Source: Chthoniobacteraceae bacterium (lineage in GTDB: Bacteria > Verrucomicrobiota > Verrucomicrobiia > Chthoniobacterales > Chthoniobacteraceae). Taken from it: DNA of 28,047 bases. Shown here piece by piece: positions 23,495-28,047 of the stretch (position 1 is the first letter of the stretch; every line of letters begins with the position of its first letter). Location: contig JBEBGD010000073.1 in assembly GCA_040081625.1 (NCBI GenBank), positions 1 to 28,047 on the forward strand, given 5' to 3'. The position numbers were made by a program, and so were the translations under genes. Below the pieces are notes generated by a model. The model made no database searches, was not told the origin of the DNA, and worked only from the letters and a program-made list of their open reading frames with translations.

Positions 23495-25047
23495 GGACGC
23501 CGTGGGCTCTCCGCCGCCGGTGCTTTGAAATCCTCGATCTGTTCTGTGGGGCGGGCGGCACGAGCACGGGGGCGATCGAGGCGGCGGAGTTGCGGGGGCT
23601 GACTCCGCGCGTCACGGGCGTCAATCATTGGGAGCGGGCGACGGAGACGTTTGCGGCGAATCACGGCGAGGGGCACCGGGTGCTGTGCACGGGGGTTGAC
23701 GACATCAATCCTCGGGAGCTGTATCGGCGGCCGGGGACGCTGAAGCTGCTGTGGGCGTCGCCGGAATGCACGCACCACAGCGTGGCGCGCGGAGGAAAGC
23801 CGATCAACGACCAGAGCCGGGCGACGGCGTGGTGTGTGGCGCGGTTTGCGGACGCGTTGTTGCCGCCGATCGTGCTGGTGGAGAACGTGCCGGAGTTTCG
23901 GACGTGGGGGCCGTGCGATCGGAAGGGGAAGCCGATCGCGGCGAAGAAGGGGGCGATCTTCCACGCGTGGATCGAGGCGCTGCGGGCGCTGGGGTATCGG
24001 GTGGATCATCGGGTGCTCTGCGCCGCCGACTTCGGCGATCCGACGACGCGTCGGCGGCTGTTCGTGCAGGCGGTGCGCGGCGGGCGGAAGATCGTGTGGC
24101 CGGAGCCGACGCATGGCGAGGCGACGCGGCCGTTTCGGACGGCGCGGGATCACGTGATCGACTGGAGCCTGGCGTGCGGGAGCATCTACGAGCGTGAACG
24201 GCCGCTCTCGCCGAAGACGATGATGCGGATTTACGCGGGGCTGGAGAAGTTTAGCGGCGCGGCGTTCATGACGCCGGGTTTTGCGGAGCGCGAGGGGCAG
24301 AGGCCGCGGACGCACTCGCTGGACGTGCCGGCGCCGACGATCGCGGCGAGCGGGCACTTGCACCTCGCACAGCCGTTCCTCGTCGAGCTGCGCGGGACTT
24401 CGGAGCAGCAGTGCCGATCGACGGCGCGGTCGCTCGATGAACCGATGTCGCCGGTGGCGTGCAGTGGCGCGCATCACGGGTTGGCGAGGCCTTATCTCGT
24501 GCAGGTGAATCATGGGAATGGACGATGTGGACAGAATGGAAATGCGCGGCGGTCGCGTGCGGTCGATGAGCCACTACCGACCGTCTGCGGTGCGCGAGGG
24601 GAATGGGCGCTGTGCGATCCGGCGCTGCTGCCACAGCAGAGCGACGGCCGGCTTCGCCCGGTGAGTGAGCCGGTGCCGACGGTGGCGACGGATGGGGCGA
24701 TCGCGCTGATCGAGCCGTTCCTCGTGAAATACTACGGGCAGGGGTGCGGGCAGCGGGTCGGTGTGCCGCTGGGGACGGTGACGACGAAGGATCGCTTTGG
24801 GCTGGCGCGGCCGGTGGTCGTGGTGAACGGCGAGCGGTTCCTGCTCGACATCGGTTTCCGAATGCTCCAGCCGCACGAGCTGGCGGCGGCGCAGGGGTTT
24901 CGCAGCGGCTACGTCTTCAGCGGCACGAAGACCGATCAGGTGAAGCAGATCGGGAACGCGGTGCCACGGCGGCTGGCGAGGGCGCTGGTGACTGCGGTGC
25001 TCGCGCAGACGAGCGACGTGGGCGCGATCCTCGGGGATCTCGAATGA
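23491..25047 (+). CDS. DNA cytosine-5 methyltransferase
   Basis: DLFCGAGG, WASPECTHHS, VENV, TRRRLF, RMLQPHEL..QGF and KQIGNAVP motifs. ATG at 23491. Confidence 0.93.
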   Translation: MRTPWALRRRCFEILDLFCGAGGTSTGAIEAAELRGLTPRVTGVNHWERATETFAANHGEGHRVLCTGVDDINPRELYRRPGTLKLLWASPECTHHSVARGGKPINDQSRATAWCVARFADALLPPIVLVENVPEFRTWGPCDRKGKPIAAKKGAIFHAWIEALRALGYRVDHRVLCAADFGDPTTRRRLFVQAVRGGRKIVWPEPTHGEATRPFRTARDHVIDWSLACGSIYERERPLSPKTMMRIYAGLEKFSGAAFMTPGFAEREGQRPRTHSLDVPAPTIAASGHLHLAQPFLVELRGTSEQQCRSTARSLDEPMSPVACSGAHHGLARPYLVQVNHGNGRCGQNGNARRSRAVDEPLPTVCGARGEWALCDPALLPQQSDGRLRPVSEPVPTVATDGAIALIEPFLVKYYGQGCGQRVGVPLGTVTTKDRFGLARPVVVVNGERFLLDIGFRMLQPHELAAAQGFRSGYVFSGTKTDQVKQIGNAVPRRLARALVTAVLAQTSDVGAILGDLE

Positions 25048-26183
25048 GCGAGCACTTCGATGCCGACGAGATCAAGCGGCGGCTGCCGATGATCGAGCTG
25101 CTCGAGCGCGAGGGGATCGAGTGCCGCCGGGATGGGGCGAAGCACAAGGCGCGGTGCCCGTTTCACGAGGAGCGGAGCGGCTCTTTCATCATCTACAGCT
25201 ATCCCGATTCGCGCGAGGATCACGGGCACTGTTTCGGGTGCGGGTGGAACGGGGACATCATCAAATACTGGCGCGAAAAGCGGGGGGCGGGGTTTGTGGA
25301 GGCGCTTCGCGACTTGGCGTCATTGGCGTCAGTCTCGCCTTCTGCTTTTCGCGAGAACTTAAATCGGGCGGCACAAGTGCCGCGAATGACTGAAGTGGCG
25401 CCGGGCGGGAAGGAAAAACCCGCGCTGCCACGGCTGCGTGCGCTGACGGATGACGAACTCTCGGCACTGGCGAGACTTCGCAAGCTGAGCGTGGAAGGCG
25501 TGAAGGCGGCCGGCAGCGACAGGCGCGTCGGGGGTTGTGTGTGGCCTCAGTTCATCGGGCGGCCGGGCGATCCTGAGCCGGGGACGTGGCACACGCCGTC
25601 TGACTCGACGGCGGCGTGGGTGGTGACCGATCTCGAGCGGAGGGTGGCGCAGTTTCGGCGGCTGGATGGGGAATGCTACGTGCGCCGCGACGGGGGGAAG
25701 ATCAAGGCGTGGACGTGCGGGTCGCCGACGTGGCCGCTGGGGGCGAGCGAGATCGGGGATCGAGCGGGGGTGCTGCTGGTGGAAGGTGGAGCGGACATGC
25801 TGGCGGGGTATCACTTCCTCGCGAAGTTTGAGCGGCTGCACGCGGTGGCCGTGGTGGCGATGCTCGGGGCGTCGTGCGCGATCTGCGCGGAGGCGCTGCC
25901 GTTTTTTGAGCGGAAGCGGGTGCGGATCATGATGGATGAGGATGAGGAGCGGCCGAAGCCGGGAAAGCCGGGGGTGCTGATCTCGCCGGGGCGCGAGGCG
26001 GCGGCGCGGTGGACGGCGCAGCTCACCGAGGCAGGGGCGGCGGTGGAGACGTTCTCGCTGGCCGGGCTGGTGAAGCGCGACCTGAAAACGAAGGTGAAGG
26101 ATCTGAACGACCTGGCGGAAGTGGATGAGGCGGCGTGGCTCGATGACGAGCTGCGGGCGGCGTTCTACGACTTCGACTTTTGA
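25044..26183 (+). CDS. CHC2 zinc-finger / TOPRIM DNA primase-like protein
   Basis: CPFHEERSGSF..HCFGCGWNGD, LVEGGADML, MMDEDE and KDLND motifs. ATG at 25044. Confidence 0.88.
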   Translation: MSEHFDADEIKRRLPMIELLEREGIECRRDGAKHKARCPFHEERSGSFIIYSYPDSREDHGHCFGCGWNGDIIKYWREKRGAGFVEALRDLASLASVSPSAFRENLNRAAQVPRMTEVAPGGKEKPALPRLRALTDDELSALARLRKLSVEGVKAAGSDRRVGGCVWPQFIGRPGDPEPGTWHTPSDSTAAWVVTDLERRVAQFRRLDGECYVRRDGGKIKAWTCGSPTWPLGASEIGDRAGVLLVEGGADMLAGYHFLAKFERLHAVAVVAMLGASCAICAEALPFFERKRVRIMMDEDEERPKPGKPGVLISPGREAAARWTAQLTEAGAAVETFSLAGLVKRDLKTKVKDLNDLAEVDEAAWLDDELRAAFYDFDF

Positions 26184-26279
26184 GCCGCGGAGTGGGGCGA
26201 TCGTGGCGCCGCACCATCCGCCGGTTTTGACAGCGCGGAGCACTCAACCGCGTTCGCATCGCGGAGAAAAAACGACGAC

Positions 26280-26414
26280 ATGACGAATCCACGACCAGCC
26301 GCTCGCGCGGCTCTTTCCAACGAACCGCCGCCGGAGGGCGGCTATTCACGTTCCTCGACCGCGTCGTGGCCGATGCGACCCGAGGCGGCGGTTCCTTCGA
26401 GGGGGCAGCGATGA
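26280..26414 (+). CDS. Possible 44-aa leader ORF coupled to the helicase
   Basis: GGAG about 10 nt upstream of ATG 26280; its stop overlaps the ATG at 26411. Confidence 0.3.
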   Translation: MTNPRPAARAALSNEPPPEGGYSRSSTASWPMRPEAAVPSRGQR

Positions 26415-28047
26415 GCGACGATCAACTTCCGCCTTCACCGACTCCCGAGGATGATGGGAAGATCGTGCCGATGACGCCGGGTGGCGCGAATGACGGCGGT
26501 GGTGGCGGTGAGAAAAAATCGCGGCGTGGGAAGGTGACGAAGTCCAAGAATGGCGAGGCGGCTGAGTTCAAGCCGGGCGCGGCGGCGAAGCCGGAGAAGT
26601 TTGATCCGGCGAAGATCGTCGAGAGCCTGAACATCTGGTGGGAAGCGGAGGGTGGGGATAGCTTTTGGGTGAACGATGCGAACGGGTGGGCGAAGTGGCC
26701 GAAGGATGCGCTGCTCGATCTCTGCATGGAATCGGCGCACAAGGTCGCACGGAAGAAACGCGATGGAGAGTTCATGCCGGAGGGGGCGCGGCTGCTTGTC
26801 TATTTGCGGACGCACCGTCGCGTGGACGGGGTGATGTGGGGGCTGGCTGGCTATCACGCGGGGCTGCACACGATGCCTAGCGGGGAGCGGGTGATCGTGC
26901 GCAACTCACCGAAGCCGGTGCAGCCGGAAGCGGGCGATTGGGCGCTGGTGAAGGAGCTGATCGAAGGGCGGCTCGATCTTTTTCGTGATGCGCCGGTCGT
27001 GCCGGGATCGGACAATGATGGAGTGAGCGACGAAGAGCAGCGGGCTGCAATTCGAGCTGCCAACATCGTGAGCGATCAGGTGATCTATTTCCACGCCTGG
27101 CATAAGACGGTGCTGCAATCGCTGCTGAACGGGAGTCCGGGGAGCTGGACGCCGCGGCCTTTGCTCGCGCTGGCAGGGCCGCACTCATGCGGGAAGTCGC
27201 GGCTTCAAATCATGGTAACCAATGGGCTGCTCGGGGGCCGCGTGGCGAATCCGAAGGCGTATCTGACGGGTAAGGAAAACTTCAATGCCAACATGGTGAA
27301 GGCGGAGCACTTGATGATGGAGGAGCTCGATAACGTGTCGCAAAAGATGGTGGATCGGCTTGCGTTCTCCGAGTCGATGAAGGCGGTCGTCGCGAACAGC
27401 GGCGTGACGTTGCGGCTGATGCGGACGGACCCGATGACGATCATGCCGTTTTGGGCGCCGACGCTCTCGATGAACAATGATCCGGACAAGCTGCGATCGT
27501 TTCCGCCTTTGACACCGGATTTTCGGGACAAAGTGATCATGCTCCTCGTTCGCCGCGCTCCACTTCCGATGCCGAGTCGGACGGATGACGAGAAGAAGGC
27601 GTTCAATGCGGCGATCGCGGCGCAACTGCCGGCTTACGCGCACTGGCTGCTGAATGAATTTGAGGTGCCTGCTGAGCTGCTGAAGGACGCGGATGGCGAG
27701 GATGCGACGCGGTTCGGGTGCCGATCGTTTCAGCATCCGTCACTGGCGAACGAGCTGTTCGACGACTCGCCGGCGGCTGAGTTGCTGGCGATTGTGGATT
27801 CGGCGGTTTTTGGGTCGCTCGCGACGAATACGAAGCTGTGGGACATTCGGAGCGACTTCAAAACGTTGGGCGATGCGTGGGAGGGATCGGCGATCGATCT
27901 GGAGCGGCTGCTCGTGGGCGACGTGGAGGCATTCCCCTGCTCGTCGGCACGTGAGGCGAAGCGGCTCTTCGTGCATACGCGCTGCGATCGGCTGCTCGGG
28001 CGTCTGGCGGAGGATCGGCCAGAGCGCGTGTTGCCGCATCGCACGAG
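26411..28047 (+). CDS. SF3 (D5/NrS-1/DUF5906-like) replicative helicase, 3' partial
   Basis: Open frame from ATG 26411 to the window edge (absent from the ORF track). Walker A GPHSCGKS at 27176, ENFNA, Walker B LMMEE and motif C LSMNN. Confidence 0.85.
   Translation, partial: MSDDQLPPSPTPEDDGKIVPMTPGGANDGGGGGEKKSRRGKVTKSKNGEAAEFKPGAAAKPEKFDPAKIVESLNIWWEAEGGDSFWVNDANGWAKWPKDALLDLCMESAHKVARKKRDGEFMPEGARLLVYLRTHRRVDGVMWGLAGYHAGLHTMPSGERVIVRNSPKPVQPEAGDWALVKELIEGRLDLFRDAPVVPGSDNDGVSDEEQRAAIRAANIVSDQVIYFHAWHKTVLQSLLNGSPGSWTPRPLLALAGPHSCGKSRLQIMVTNGLLGGRVANPKAYLTGKENFNANMVKAEHLMMEELDNVSQKMVDRLAFSESMKAVVANSGVTLRLMRTDPMTIMPFWAPTLSMNNDPDKLRSFPPLTPDFRDKVIMLLVRRAPLPMPSRTDDEKKAFNAAIAAQLPAYAHWLLNEFEVPAELLKDADGEDATRFGCRSFQHPSLANELFDDSPAAELLAIVDSAVFGSLATNTKLWDIRSDFKTLGDAWEGSAIDLERLLVGDVEAFPCSSAREAKRLFVHTRCDRLLGRLAEDRPERVLPHRT

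Larger units (their letters stand above)
11463..28047 (+). mobile_element. Prophage or phage-like integrative element inserted at tRNA-Pro (left part; right end outside window)
   Basis: Tyrosine integrase immediately 3' of the tRNA, divergent regulators, Xis-like HTH, methyltransferases, primase and SF3 helicase in a coupled operon. No capsid/tail genes or attR are seen in the window. Confidence 0.85.

Noticed and set aside
26227..26260. Sigma-70 promoter from TTGACA
   Set aside because: No acceptable -10 hexamer 16-18 bp downstream, so it is not called as a feature.

Overview
GC-rich bacterial chromosome segment, probably Verrucomicrobia/PVC (inferred from an LEPR-XLL-type surface protein). 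Positions 1-11462 are host genes: a partial Gly-rich LEPR-XLL protein (minus strand, missed by the ORF track), ribD, a GspF/PilC protein, Hsp20, thrB, lpxK, class I mannose-6-P isomerase, mtnP, a polysaccharide deacetylase, riboflavin synthase, a secreted hypothetical and tRNA-Pro(TGG). An integrated prophage-like element follows and runs off the right edge. It encodes a tyrosine integrase, a divergent pair of ribbon-helix-helix-like regulators and a long translationally coupled early operon (Xis-like HTH, large ParB-like protein, DUF5131, ASCH, adenine and cytosine methyltransferases, CHC2/TOPRIM primase, SF3 helicase). The standout is a miniature integron inside that operon (19450-21328): an IntI-family integrase, two attC-geometry sites and two cassettes. 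The cassette ORFs run opposite to the usual integron orientation. Each attC supplies the stop codon, RBS and start codon that splice the cassette into the phage operon, and the reconstructed empty insertion site is itself a 15-bp-stem hairpin. No virion genes or attR lie in the window. All calls come from reading motifs by eye; no database searches were run.
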